Origin: Bacteroidota bacterium
Lineage (GTDB): Bacteria > Bacteroidota > Bacteroidia > Chitinophagales > Chitinophagaceae
Assembly (NCBI GenBank): GCA_963169635.1
Contig: CAUJDL010000064.1
Span: forward strand, 1,881 to 65,880
Length of the DNA stretch: 64,000 nt
Reading direction: 5' to 3'
Position numbers and translations under genes: made by a program
Notes under the pieces: model-generated
Database searches by the model: none
Seen by the model: the letters and a program-made list of their open reading frames with translations, nothing else
What the model was told of the DNA's origin: nothing
Part shown: one piece after another, positions 47,535-56,582 of the stretch
How positions within the stretch are numbered: position 1 is the stretch's first letter
Layout of the letters: every line of letters starts with the position of its first letter

Positions 47535-47882
47535 TTATGCTTTTTTATCTTTTAACTGTTGGGCTCTAAATTTTTGATAAAAATCTTTGGCAAAGTTTTT
47601 TAATTCTGAAGTTAATTTTTCATCGTGTGTAGCTCTTTCAAAAGTATCTGCCATACCCATAAATGTTTGATAATAAAAATCTGCCATTTCATCTACCATC
47701 ATATCTTTTACCCAAAGATCTATACGTAAAGCAGCTTTTTCTGCACTATCCCACATAGATAGCATCATTGCTTTAGCCATTTGTGGTGTTGTAGCACTGC
47801 TATTATCTGCAGTCCATTTTATTTGTTCAGGTATTTTATTATCGTCTAAATGTACATCTATTGTAATAGTTGATTTTTGCAT
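47535..47882 (-). CDS. gldC: Gliding motility protein GldC
   Basis: 115 aa. Segments LDDNKIPEQIKWTAD, MLSMWDSAEKAALRIDLWVKDMMVDEM and MADTFERATHDEK resemble GldC as I recall it from Flavobacterium johnsoniae. Confidence 0.65.
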   Translation of the reverse strand: MQKSTITIDVHLDDNKIPEQIKWTADNSSATTPQMAKAMMLSMWDSAEKAALRIDLWVKDMMVDEMADFYYQTFMGMADTFERATHDEKLTSELKNFAKDFYQKFRAQQLKDKKA

Positions 47883-47916
47883 ATTTATATTTAATTAAGT
47901 GGCAAATGTAAAAATA

Positions 47917-49044
47917 TTATTGTTTAGCACATTGTTCTATTAAATTCCAAAGTATAGTAGCATTATTATGCCAAGTAAATTGTGTAGCTTGTTGTTTACC
48001 TTTTTTAATATGTTCGTTTCTTAAATTTTCGTCTTTATATAAAAGCATCATTTGTTCTGCAATATTATTTTCGTTAGTATTATTAAAATATAATGCAGCA
48101 TCACTTAAATATTCAGTAAAAAAACTTTCATTGCTACAAGCAATAGGTATGCTTAATTGCATAGCATTGAGTAAGTTGGTAGTATAAATTTCTACATAAG
48201 CAGGTTGTATAATTGCATAAGCTGCAGAGGTAATTAAAATCTCTTGTTCTGCTGATATATTTTGCAACCAAACTACATCATCTCTATACTTATATGTTGT
48301 TAATTTTTCTGTAATTGCAAGGTCGTTTTTTGATGGTTCTATTAGTAATAACAACTTCATACTACTTTGCAATCTTTTCTTAAAAATAGAAAATGCTTTT
48401 AGCAGTGTTACAATATTATTAGCAGTATATGTAGTGCCTTTAAAAAGAAAATATGCAGTACCATTAGTATATTGCTGTAAAGTATTTTCTTTATCTTTTT
48501 GCGTAATAGTTTTTTCTATTTTATTTAAACCTAAAGGAATGGTATAAATTTTATTGTTGGCATTAGCATAAACCTTTTGTAAAGATTGTTTACTATGCTC
48601 ACTAAATGTAATAATAGCTTTAGCTTTTTGAATATGTTTTTTTTGTAAAAGCTGATAAAATAATTTATCTGTCTTATTGATAAAATTAGGATGTTGTATA
48701 AATAATGTTTGATGAAATAAAATTATTTGAGGAGTTTTAATAGTTAAGCTACATCTGCTATCTACATGTAATACAATATCTGCCTTAAATTTTTTAATAA
48801 TGAATGCTAAGGTTACATCGTACCAATATTTAATAGATAAATTATTAGTAGCTGATTGTTTTATTTTTTGCTGAATAATATTGTCAGTAGTTAAATTAAA
48901 TTCAGTTAAAGCATCATCTAATAAAATTAATATAGTATGATGTGTATTTATCAATAATAAATTTTCAATCATATTTTTTATCACAGGTACATGATACTTA
49001 TAATGATGTTGTTTAGAAAGTTTAGTATTAATAACAATACGCAT
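47917..49044 (-). CDS. Glycosyltransferase, GT-B fold (family 1/4-like)
   Basis: Starts with MRIVINT from the ATG at 49044. The C-terminal half has a donor-binding-like segment (ILITSAAYAIIQPAYVEIYTTNLLNAMQLSIPIACSN). Divergent sequence. Confidence 0.6.
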   Translation of the reverse strand: MRIVINTKLSKQHHYKYHVPVIKNMIENLLLINTHHTILILLDDALTEFNLTTDNIIQQKIKQSATNNLSIKYWYDVTLAFIIKKFKADIVLHVDSRCSLTIKTPQIILFHQTLFIQHPNFINKTDKLFYQLLQKKHIQKAKAIITFSEHSKQSLQKVYANANNKIYTIPLGLNKIEKTITQKDKENTLQQYTNGTAYFLFKGTTYTANNIVTLLKAFSIFKKRLQSSMKLLLLIEPSKNDLAITEKLTTYKYRDDVVWLQNISAEQEILITSAAYAIIQPAYVEIYTTNLLNAMQLSIPIACSNESFFTEYLSDAALYFNNTNENNIAEQMMLLYKDENLRNEHIKKGKQQATQFTWHNNATILWNLIEQCAKQ

Positions 49045-49236
49045 AGGCTGCAAAAATATAGTTTGCTTAGTGATAATTATTTTAATAGTATTTTATGTAT
49101 AAAATAAGATTGACAAAAAACGTTTTTAAGCAACTTGCTTTATTTACACTTTAAATAAAATGTTTGCTAAAGAAGGAAATTATCTATTAAAACTAATGCT
49201 ACTGTTTGCTACTTGCTTATTTTTACATCTATTACT

Positions 49237-50271
49237 ATGACATATTTTAATTTAAACGACTCACTAAATTTTTTATCAAAACTTACCATACGTAGAGCAT
49301 GGAATGCTTTTAAAGTGTTATTAAGTTATCAATTAACCAAATTACGCAATAAGCCTATACAATGGGGTTATCCTATGTCTATTTCATTTGAGCCTACTAC
49401 AAGTTGTAATCTTCGTTGCCCTGAATGTCCTAGTGGTTTAAGACAATTTACTAGACCAACAGGCATGTTAAAACACGATTTTTTTACTAAAACAATTGAC
49501 GAAATTTATAAGGATTTACTTTACTTAATATTTTATTTTCAGGGCGAACCATATTTAAACCCTAGTTTTTTAGATATGGTAAAATATGCTCATGATAAAG
49601 GTATATATACTGCTACAAGTACTAATGCACATTACATGACAGAAGAAAAAGCTAGAAAAACAGTAGAAAGTGGTTTAGACAGATTAATTATTTCTATTGA
49701 TGGTACTACACAAGAAGTTTATCAGCAATATAGACGAGGTGGTAAATTAGATAAAGTAATACAAGGGGCAAAAAATATTGTAAAAATTAAAAAAGAATTA
49801 AACAGTAAAACACCTTTTATCATTTTTCAGTTTTTAGTAGTAAGACCTAATGAACATCAAATAGAAGATGTAAAAAAATTAGGAAAAGAAATAGGGGTAG
49901 ATCAGGTACGTTTTAAAACAGCTCAGGTATATGATTATAAAAACGACCCCAATAAACTAATACCAACCATTGAAAAATATAGCAGGTATAAAAAAGATAA
50001 GAAAGGGAAAGCCAAAATTAAAAGTGGCATGGCTAACCATTGTTGGCGTTTATGGCATGCTAATGTAATTACTTGGGATGGTAAAGTTGTTCCTTGTTGT
50101 TTTGATAAAGATGCTACACATCAATTAGGTGATTTAACCAACCAAAACTTTAAAGATATTTGGCACAACCAAAATTATCAGCAATTTAGAGCAGATATAA
50201 CCAAAGGAAGAAAAAATATTGATATATGTGCCAATTGTAGTGAGGGTTTAAGAGTTTGGGAAAGGGGTTAA
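49237..50271 (+). CDS. Radical SAM protein with a C-terminal SPASM/twitch-type Cys-rich domain
   Basis: CNLRCPEC (CxxxCxxC) after a helical N-terminal segment. C-terminal cysteines are CWRLW...VPCCFD...DICANC. Start could instead be the TTG at 49213. Confidence 0.8.
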   Translation: MTYFNLNDSLNFLSKLTIRRAWNAFKVLLSYQLTKLRNKPIQWGYPMSISFEPTTSCNLRCPECPSGLRQFTRPTGMLKHDFFTKTIDEIYKDLLYLIFYFQGEPYLNPSFLDMVKYAHDKGIYTATSTNAHYMTEEKARKTVESGLDRLIISIDGTTQEVYQQYRRGGKLDKVIQGAKNIVKIKKELNSKTPFIIFQFLVVRPNEHQIEDVKKLGKEIGVDQVRFKTAQVYDYKNDPNKLIPTIEKYSRYKKDKKGKAKIKSGMANHCWRLWHANVITWDGKVVPCCFDKDATHQLGDLTNQNFKDIWHNQNYQQFRADITKGRKNIDICANCSEGLRVWERG

Positions 50272-50423
50272 TAAAATCTTATTACCCTATATTTTGCCTA
50301 TTAAATGATACCATTCATCTTATTTAAGCTTTTTTTATCAAATTTTCATTTGATTTAATTTGTCTATATCAAATTTGGCTTATCTTTACGCCATTAATTA
50401 ACTAACTTTTTTAAAAGAAAATT

Positions 50424-51659
50424 ATGAAAAAATATTTACTATTTTTTGTGAGTTGTTTTTTTGCATTAGCAATTAATGCACAACAAATTTATGAAGCAGC
50501 CAGCAACTACCCAGGTAGCTATTATAAATATAGTGGCATGGGGCAAACAAGTTCTGTATTAGCATCTCAAGCAAGAATTTTTGATGATGTAAATGTTACA
50601 AGTACTTTAGTAGGTAATGGTACTGTAGATTCTTTTTCAATTACTAAATTACAATTAGGAATTGTACGCCTAGCTGGTGCACCTGCAACAACAATGAATG
50701 TTTGGTATGCACCAATGGATCCTAATGCAACTACTTATGAAGGCTTACTTAAAGTTTCAGATTTAAAACATGTAGCTTCTTATAGTTTAGAGGCTCAAAC
50801 TACTACAGCAAGTAAACTTATTACACTTGGCGATTCTATACATACACTTTTTAAAGTTAAAGTAGATACGGGTGTATTATTTTTTAATCATGCAAGTTTC
50901 TTTGTTGGAATTTCTTTTCAAGATACTACAGGTTGTGCATGGCTTTTAGGTGATGGTGCAAGTGCTAATGACGATGTATTTTGGAAAAATGTACCAACAG
51001 CTGGTACACCAGTAGTTGCTTCTTGGTTTAGTGGTAACCCTGTAGCTACATTTTTTATTGTAGCTTATGGCAATACTACTGCAACTCCAATGCCTATTAC
51101 TATGGAGCATTTCTCTGCAACTAAAACAAGTGCAGGTAATAAACTTTCATGGACTACATCATCAGAAAATAATAATACTGGTTTCGAAATTCAACGTAGT
51201 GCAGATGGTAAAGAATTTAGTAGCTATACATTTATTAAAACTAAAGCTACAGAAGGTAATAGTAATAACAGCTTAAGCTATGAGTTTATAGATAATAAAC
51301 CATTAAAATCTTCTAACTATTATCGTTTAAAACAAATAGATAAAGATGGTAAATACTCTTACTCAAATACAGTAGTAGTTAAAGAAGATGCTACTAATAA
51401 ATTTGAATTAGTAAATGTATATCCAAACCCAGCAAAAGATAAATTAAGTGTATCTGTTACAGCTCCTAAAGCTGCTAATGCTACTTTAATTATTACAGAT
51501 ATGACAGGTAAAACAGTAATGCAATTAAACAATTCATTAGTAGCAGGAGAAAATAATATTGCTATTAATGTAGCTTCATTACGTGCTGGTAATTATATGA
51601 TTAAATTATCTTGTGCAGATGGTTGCGAATCTTCTATTCAGAAATTCATTAAACAATAA
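50424..51659 (+). CDS. Secreted protein with a T9SS C-terminal sorting domain, N-terminal domain unknown
   Basis: Signal peptide, and C-terminal VYPNPAKDKLSV...IQKFIKQ. Preceded by the same ~90-aa module as in the 43160-44947 protein. Confidence 0.7.
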   Translation: MKKYLLFFVSCFFALAINAQQIYEAASNYPGSYYKYSGMGQTSSVLASQARIFDDVNVTSTLVGNGTVDSFSITKLQLGIVRLAGAPATTMNVWYAPMDPNATTYEGLLKVSDLKHVASYSLEAQTTTASKLITLGDSIHTLFKVKVDTGVLFFNHASFFVGISFQDTTGCAWLLGDGASANDDVFWKNVPTAGTPVVASWFSGNPVATFFIVAYGNTTATPMPITMEHFSATKTSAGNKLSWTTSSENNNTGFEIQRSADGKEFSSYTFIKTKATEGNSNNSLSYEFIDNKPLKSSNYYRLKQIDKDGKYSYSNTVVVKEDATNKFELVNVYPNPAKDKLSVSVTAPKAANATLIITDMTGKTVMQLNNSLVAGENNIAINVASLRAGNYMIKLSCADGCESSIQKFIKQ

Positions 51660-51680
51660 TCTATCTCATTTGATATATAA

Positions 51681-51709
51681 AAAAGGCTACTTAATAAGTA
51701 GCCTTTTTT
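51681..51709 (+). terminator. Rho-independent terminator
   Basis: aaaaGGCTACTTaatAAGTAGCCtttttt. Confidence 0.7.
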
Positions 51710-51753
51710 AATGCCTTAATTTTTAAACTTAATAACTCATCAAGTTTAAAGCA

Positions 51754-51785
51754 TAAAAAAAGGTTAGTAATAAATTTACTAACCT
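51754..51785 (-). terminator. Rho-independent terminator downstream of tRNA-Asn
   Basis: 10-bp stem AGGTTAGTAA / TTACTAACCT, with a T-run on the minus strand. Confidence 0.6.
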
Positions 51786-51788
51786 TTG

Positions 51789-51862
51789 CTCCTCAGACTG
51801 GACTTGAACCAGTGACCCTCTGATTAACAGTCAGATGCTCTAACCAACTGAGCTACTGAGGA
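51789..51862 (-). tRNA. tRNA-Asn (anticodon GTT)
   Basis: Manual cloverleaf: acceptor TCCTCAG/CTGAGGA, D stem GCTC/GAGC, anticodon stem TCTGA/TCAGA with loop CTGTTAA, T stem ACTGG/CCAGT with loop TTCAAGT, discriminator G. 74 nt; CCA is not encoded. Confidence 0.9.
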
Positions 51863-51962
51863 ATCCTATTTTTTTATTCCCTTTCGGGGCAGCAAAAATA
51901 AGGGTGCAAAACATTGTAAACAAAACTTTTTTATGGCAAATTTTAAAAAATTAAAAAATGTA

Positions 51963-52277
51963 TTAAAGACCAATAAAAATGCCTGTTTCTCTATGTTCTA
52001 AAGGATAAGTTTTTAATTGATATCCTTCGCCACTAATATTTCTTCCATTTTTTATACAAAATTTATAGCCATGTACAGGGCAAATTACATTGCCTACTTT
52101 ATCTAAAACACCTTCAGATAAAATACCACTTGCATGAGGACATTTATGAGCAAAAGCAAATAATTGATTATTCATTAATGCTAATGATATTAATTTGTCT
52201 GCAACTGCTATTACACACATATTATTTTCCTGAAAAGAAAGTGTTTGTATATTATCAGCTATTTTATACCAAGTCAT
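51963..52277 (-). CDS. Small Rieske [2Fe-2S] domain protein (NirD-like)
   Basis: CPHASG and CPVHGYKF give the CxH...CxxH ligands; 104 aa. Confidence 0.75.
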   Translation of the reverse strand: MTWYKIADNIQTLSFQENNMCVIAVADKLISLALMNNQLFAFAHKCPHASGILSEGVLDKVGNVICPVHGYKFCIKNGRNISGEGYQLKTYPLEHRETGIFIGL

Positions 52278-52297
52278 TTTAATAAACTTACTATTTA

Positions 52298-53488
52298 TTA
52301 AGAATAGTAAATAGTTTTATAGGGATAACGAATTTGATAAATATCTCTTACTTTATTTAAAATAATTTTTCTCAATTCTTCAATATTTCTTTTTTCTAAT
52401 GCCGATACAAAAACACAATTTCCTTTAGTAGTATTTTCCCATTTTTCTTTTAACTCTTGTAGTATATGTTGCTTTACTTCATCTTGCAACCACTCATCAA
52501 AGTTTAGCTGCTCGTATAAATCTATTTTATTAAAAATGGTTAATACAGGTTTATCAAAAGCTTTTAATTCTTGCAAAGTTTTATTAACTGTATTAATCTG
52601 ATCTTCGTGCTGAGGATGTGCAATATCTACTACATGTAATAATATATCTGCTTCTCTTACTTCATCTAAAGTACTTTTAAAACTTTCTACTAAATGGTGT
52701 GGTAGTTTTCTAATAAAACCAACTGTATCGCTTAATAAAAATGGCGTATTTTCAAAAACTACTTTTCTGGTAGTAGTATCTAATGTGGCAAATAATTTAT
52801 TTTCTGCAAAAACATCGCTTTTACTTAATAAATTCATGATAGTGCTTTTACCAACATTAGTATAGCCTACTAAAGATACACGTATAAACTCTCCTCTATC
52901 TTTTCTTTGCGTAAAAGATTGTTTATCTATATCAGCTAATCTTTTTCTTAATAAAGCAATTTTATCTTTTACAATTCTTCTATCAGTTTCTATTTCAGTT
53001 TCTCCTGGTCCTCTTGTACCAATACCACCACCTTGTCTTTCTAAGTGCTTCCACATACCTTTTAATCTTGGTAAAATATATTGATATTGTGCAAGCTCTA
53101 CTTGTACTTTGGCTTGAGCTGTTCTAGCTCTTCTAGCAAAAATGTCTAAAATAAGATCGCTTCTATCAATGGTAATTGTTCCTAAAACTTTTTCAATATT
53201 AGATATTTGAGAGCCTGTAAGTTCGTCATCAAATATTACCATATCTATATTTCTGCCTGTTATATATTCTTTAATTTCTTCTAATTTACCTTTTCCAACA
53301 AAGGTTTTACTATCTGGATATAGCAATTTTTGGGTAAATATTTTTACAGTTATTGCTCCAGCAGTTTCTGCTAAAAATGTCAACTCATCTAAGTATTCTT
53401 TTACTTGCTCTGTGGTTTGGTCTTTTTGAATAACGCCTACCAATATTACTCTTTCTTGTTCTTTTATTTTATGTTGTTTCTCTATCAA
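52298..53488 (-). CDS. hflX: GTPase HflX
   Basis: HflX N-terminal domain followed by G motifs GYTNVGKST, DTVGF and NKID. Apparent TTG start. Confidence 0.9.
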   Translation of the reverse strand: MIEKQHKIKEQERVILVGVIQKDQTTEQVKEYLDELTFLAETAGAITVKIFTQKLLYPDSKTFVGKGKLEEIKEYITGRNIDMVIFDDELTGSQISNIEKVLGTITIDRSDLILDIFARRARTAQAKVQVELAQYQYILPRLKGMWKHLERQGGGIGTRGPGETEIETDRRIVKDKIALLRKRLADIDKQSFTQRKDRGEFIRVSLVGYTNVGKSTIMNLLSKSDVFAENKLFATLDTTTRKVVFENTPFLLSDTVGFIRKLPHHLVESFKSTLDEVREADILLHVVDIAHPQHEDQINTVNKTLQELKAFDKPVLTIFNKIDLYEQLNFDEWLQDEVKQHILQELKEKWENTTKGNCVFVSALEKRNIEELRKIILNKVRDIYQIRYPYKTIYYS

Positions 53489-53764
53489 TCTTAAAAAATT
53501 TAATACGCAAAAATAACTACATTATTATTTGGTAAAGAAATAGATGTGTTTAGAATAAGGATTCATTTAATAAAAAGTATATACAATTTTATTATTTATA
53601 TGATAAAATAAAGTAATAATTGTAAATTTTATACAATAAAACAGCATAAAATAAAGTTTAAGTGTCTGTAAAGTTGTATTATTGCAAATTCTTAATTTAA
53701 AAAAGAAAAAACCTTTCTTGATTGACCTAAATTATTTGAATGTATTGATTTCTACTCTATTAAA

Positions 53765-53772
53765 TATTTTTG
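53765..53772 (+). promoter_or_regulatory. -7 box TATTTTTG upstream of porV
   Basis: Exact TAnnTTTG match, 74 nt before the ATG at 53846. Confidence 0.3.
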
Positions 53773-53845
53773 TAAGTCATATAAAGCTTGGCTACAAAAA
53801 ATATTCTTTTATTTTTACAACTATTTATTAAACAATTTTCTTTAG

Positions 53846-55024
53846 ATGAAACAGTCAATTTTGAAGGTTAGTATTTTACTTTTCTCTGTAGGTATTTTTT
53901 GTAGTGAGATAAATGCACAAACAAGTAGTGATATTAATGTAGTAACTACAGCAGTTCCTTTTTTAAGAATTTCTCCAGATGCACGTGCAGGTGGTATGGG
54001 AGATGTTGGTATTGCAACACCACCAGATGCAGGATCTTCTTTTTGGAATCTCTCTAAAACTACTTTTAATACAAAAGATGCTGAATTAGGTTTAACTTAT
54101 ACTCCTTGGTTAAAAGATTTAGGCCTTACAGATGTATATTTAATAGGCTTTTCAGGCTATTATAAATTAGGCGAAGAACAAGCTATTGCTTCATCTATTC
54201 GTTATTTTAGTTTAGGTAATATACAATTTACCGATTATGCTGGTAATCCATTAAAAGAAAGTCGTCCTAGAGAATTTTCAATTGATTTTGGTTATACTCG
54301 TAAAATGAATAGCAAATTAGCCCTTGGTGTAGCATTACGATATATCAACTCAAGTTTAGCAACTGGTTTAGGTGCAGATGGTAATGTTTATAAAGCAGGA
54401 AATGCAATAGCTGGTGATATTTCATTATATCATTCAGGATTAAATGAAAAAGGCGAAGGTTTAGGTTGGGGAATTGTATTATCTAATTTAGGTTCTAAAA
54501 TTAGTTATACTAACGATGCTGCTAATAAAGATTATATACCTGCTAATTTAGGTTTAGGCATTGGTTATACAGCAATTTTTGATGAAACAAGTAAACTAAG
54601 TTTTGGTTTAGATGTAAATAAATTAATGGTACCTGTACCTCCAACACCTGTAGATCCATCTGACCCAAATGCAGATGCAAAAAATGCAGCATTATTACAA
54701 GAATATAGAAGTATGGGCGTTTTAAAAAGTTGGTTTAAAAGCTTTGGCGACTCAGGAGGTTTTGGAAATGAATTAAAAGAATTTCAAGTTTCAATAGGTG
54801 CAGAATATACTTATAACGACCAATTTGCTTTACGTGCAGGATATTTTTATGAAGATAAAACAAAAGGTAATCGTAAATATTTTACCGTTGGTGCAGGATT
54901 AAAATATAATATTATAGGTATAAACTTTTCTTATTTAATACCTTCTGGAAGTGGTGTTACCAGAAATCCATTATCAAATACTTTACGTTTTGGAGTAACA
55001 TTTGATTTAATAGATAAAAAATAA
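53846..55024 (+). CDS. porV: Type IX secretion system outer-membrane protein PorV (LptO)
   Basis: Signal peptide. The N-terminal VPFLRISPDARAGGMGDVGIATPPDA signature is typical of PorV. 392-aa beta-barrel. Confidence 0.8.
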   Translation: MKQSILKVSILLFSVGIFCSEINAQTSSDINVVTTAVPFLRISPDARAGGMGDVGIATPPDAGSSFWNLSKTTFNTKDAELGLTYTPWLKDLGLTDVYLIGFSGYYKLGEEQAIASSIRYFSLGNIQFTDYAGNPLKESRPREFSIDFGYTRKMNSKLALGVALRYINSSLATGLGADGNVYKAGNAIAGDISLYHSGLNEKGEGLGWGIVLSNLGSKISYTNDAANKDYIPANLGLGIGYTAIFDETSKLSFGLDVNKLMVPVPPTPVDPSDPNADAKNAALLQEYRSMGVLKSWFKSFGDSGGFGNELKEFQVSIGAEYTYNDQFALRAGYFYEDKTKGNRKYFTVGAGLKYNIIGINFSYLIPSGSGVTRNPLSNTLRFGVTFDLIDKK

Positions 55025-55067
55025 ACTAACAAGAACTAAAATAAAATTGACATAAATAGAATATAGG

Positions 55068-56366
55068 ATGAAAAGGAATTTAGCAGAAACCAAAATTGCC
55101 ATTATAGGATTAGGATATGTAGGTTTGCCATTAGCAGTTGAGTTTGGAAAAAAATATGCTGTACTTGGTTTTGATATTAATAAAGCAAGAATTGAAGAGC
55201 TTTCTGCTGGAAAAGACAGAACTAATGAAGCAGATTTAGCAGGATTAAAACAAGCTACAGATTTATATAGCTCCACTAATGGAAAAAATGGTTTATGTTT
55301 TTCATCAGATGCTGAAAGTTTAAAAACTTGTAATGTATTTATAGTAACTGTACCTACACCAATAAATAATTTTAAAGCACCAGATTTAACACCACTTATA
55401 TCAGCATCTACCATGATAGGTAAAGTGCTGAAGAAAGAAGATATTGTAATTTATGAATCTACTGTATATCCAGGATGTACAGAAGAAGATTGTGTACCAG
55501 TTTTAGAAAAATTTTCAGGCTTAGTATTTAATAAAGATTTTTATTGTGGTTATTCTCCAGAAAGAATAAACCCTGGAGATAGAGTAAATACACTTACCAA
55601 AATTAAAAAAGTTACATCAGGCTCTACACCTGTAATTGCAGATTTTGTAGATAGTTTATATGCAAGTATTATTACTGCAGGTACACATAAAGCACCAAGC
55701 TTAAAGGTAGCAGAAGCTTCTAAAGCCATAGAAAATGCACAAAGAGATGTAAATATTTCTTTTGTAAATGAGTTGGCTTTAATTTTTGATAAAATGGGTA
55801 TAGATACTAATGATGTAATAGATGCAGCAGGAACAAAATGGAATTTCTTAAAATATAAACCAGGTTTGGTGGGAGGTCATTGTATTGGTGTAGATCCTTA
55901 TTATTTAGCACATAAGGCAGAAAGTTTAGGCATTCATCCAGATGTAATTTTAAGTGGCAGAAGAGTGAATGATAATATGGGTTTATTTGTTGCCAGCAAA
56001 GTAGTAAAACTGATGATTAATAAAGGACAAAAAGTAAATGAATCTAAAGCATTAATATTAGGTATTACATTTAAAGAAAATTGTCCTGATATCAGAAATT
56101 CAAAAGTGATAGATATTTATCATGAACTAAAACAATATGGAATAACTGTAGATGTTTATGACCCCCATGCAAATAAAGACGAAGTTCATGAAGAGTTTGG
56201 AATTACTTTAATAGATAAATTACAAACAAATTATAGTGCATTAATTTTAGCAGTATCGCACAATGAATTTGCTACAATCAATATCAAAGATTATACAATA
56301 GATAATGCTGTAATTTTTGATACTAAAGCATTTTTAAATAGAGATATTGTAGATGCAAGATTATAA
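55068..56366 (+). CDS. Nucleotide-sugar 6-dehydrogenase (TviB/WbpO/Cap5O-like UDP-N-acetylhexosamine dehydrogenase)
   Basis: Rossmann IAIIGLGYVGLPLA and a catalytic Cys context GLVGGHCIGVDPYY; 432 aa. Confidence 0.85.
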   Translation: MKRNLAETKIAIIGLGYVGLPLAVEFGKKYAVLGFDINKARIEELSAGKDRTNEADLAGLKQATDLYSSTNGKNGLCFSSDAESLKTCNVFIVTVPTPINNFKAPDLTPLISASTMIGKVLKKEDIVIYESTVYPGCTEEDCVPVLEKFSGLVFNKDFYCGYSPERINPGDRVNTLTKIKKVTSGSTPVIADFVDSLYASIITAGTHKAPSLKVAEASKAIENAQRDVNISFVNELALIFDKMGIDTNDVIDAAGTKWNFLKYKPGLVGGHCIGVDPYYLAHKAESLGIHPDVILSGRRVNDNMGLFVASKVVKLMINKGQKVNESKALILGITFKENCPDIRNSKVIDIYHELKQYGITVDVYDPHANKDEVHEEFGITLIDKLQTNYSALILAVSHNEFATINIKDYTIDNAVIFDTKAFLNRDIVDARL

Positions 56367-56444
56367 TGATTAATAGAGAAAAAAATTTTCATTTTGTCAT
56401 TTTTATGATAAAATGAATATTATAAATTGGATAGTCTTTACAAT

Positions 56445-56452
56445 TATATTTG
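56445..56452 (+). promoter_or_regulatory. -7 box TATATTTG upstream of the polysaccharide export gene
   Basis: Exact TAnnTTTG match, 130 nt before the ATG at 56583. Confidence 0.3.
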
Positions 56453-56582
56453 CCAACTAATGATAGGCTAAGATATTAGTCTTATTCATTTTTCTATAAT
56501 TATAAAATTCTCATTCAATTTATGTGAGTGAGCTGGCAGAGCTGTATAAATTTTATTAGAAATATAAATTAATTGCAACAAT

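Noticed and set aside
50272-50423. A 17-codon ORF (MIPFILFKLFLSNFHLI) and a TCAAAT-tttc-ATTTGA palindrome downstream of the radical SAM gene, considered as a precursor peptide or operator.
   Set aside because: The ORF is very short and hydrophobic, is built from AT-rich codons, and is not coupled to either neighbour. The palindrome is short enough to occur by chance in this base composition.
51660-52300. tRNA-Asn as a possible integration site or genomic-island boundary.
   Set aside because: There is no integrase, excisionase, transposase or phage gene on either side. I did not spot a direct repeat of the tRNA 3' end nearby. The neighbours (T9SS cargo, Rieske protein, hflX) look like ordinary chromosomal genes.
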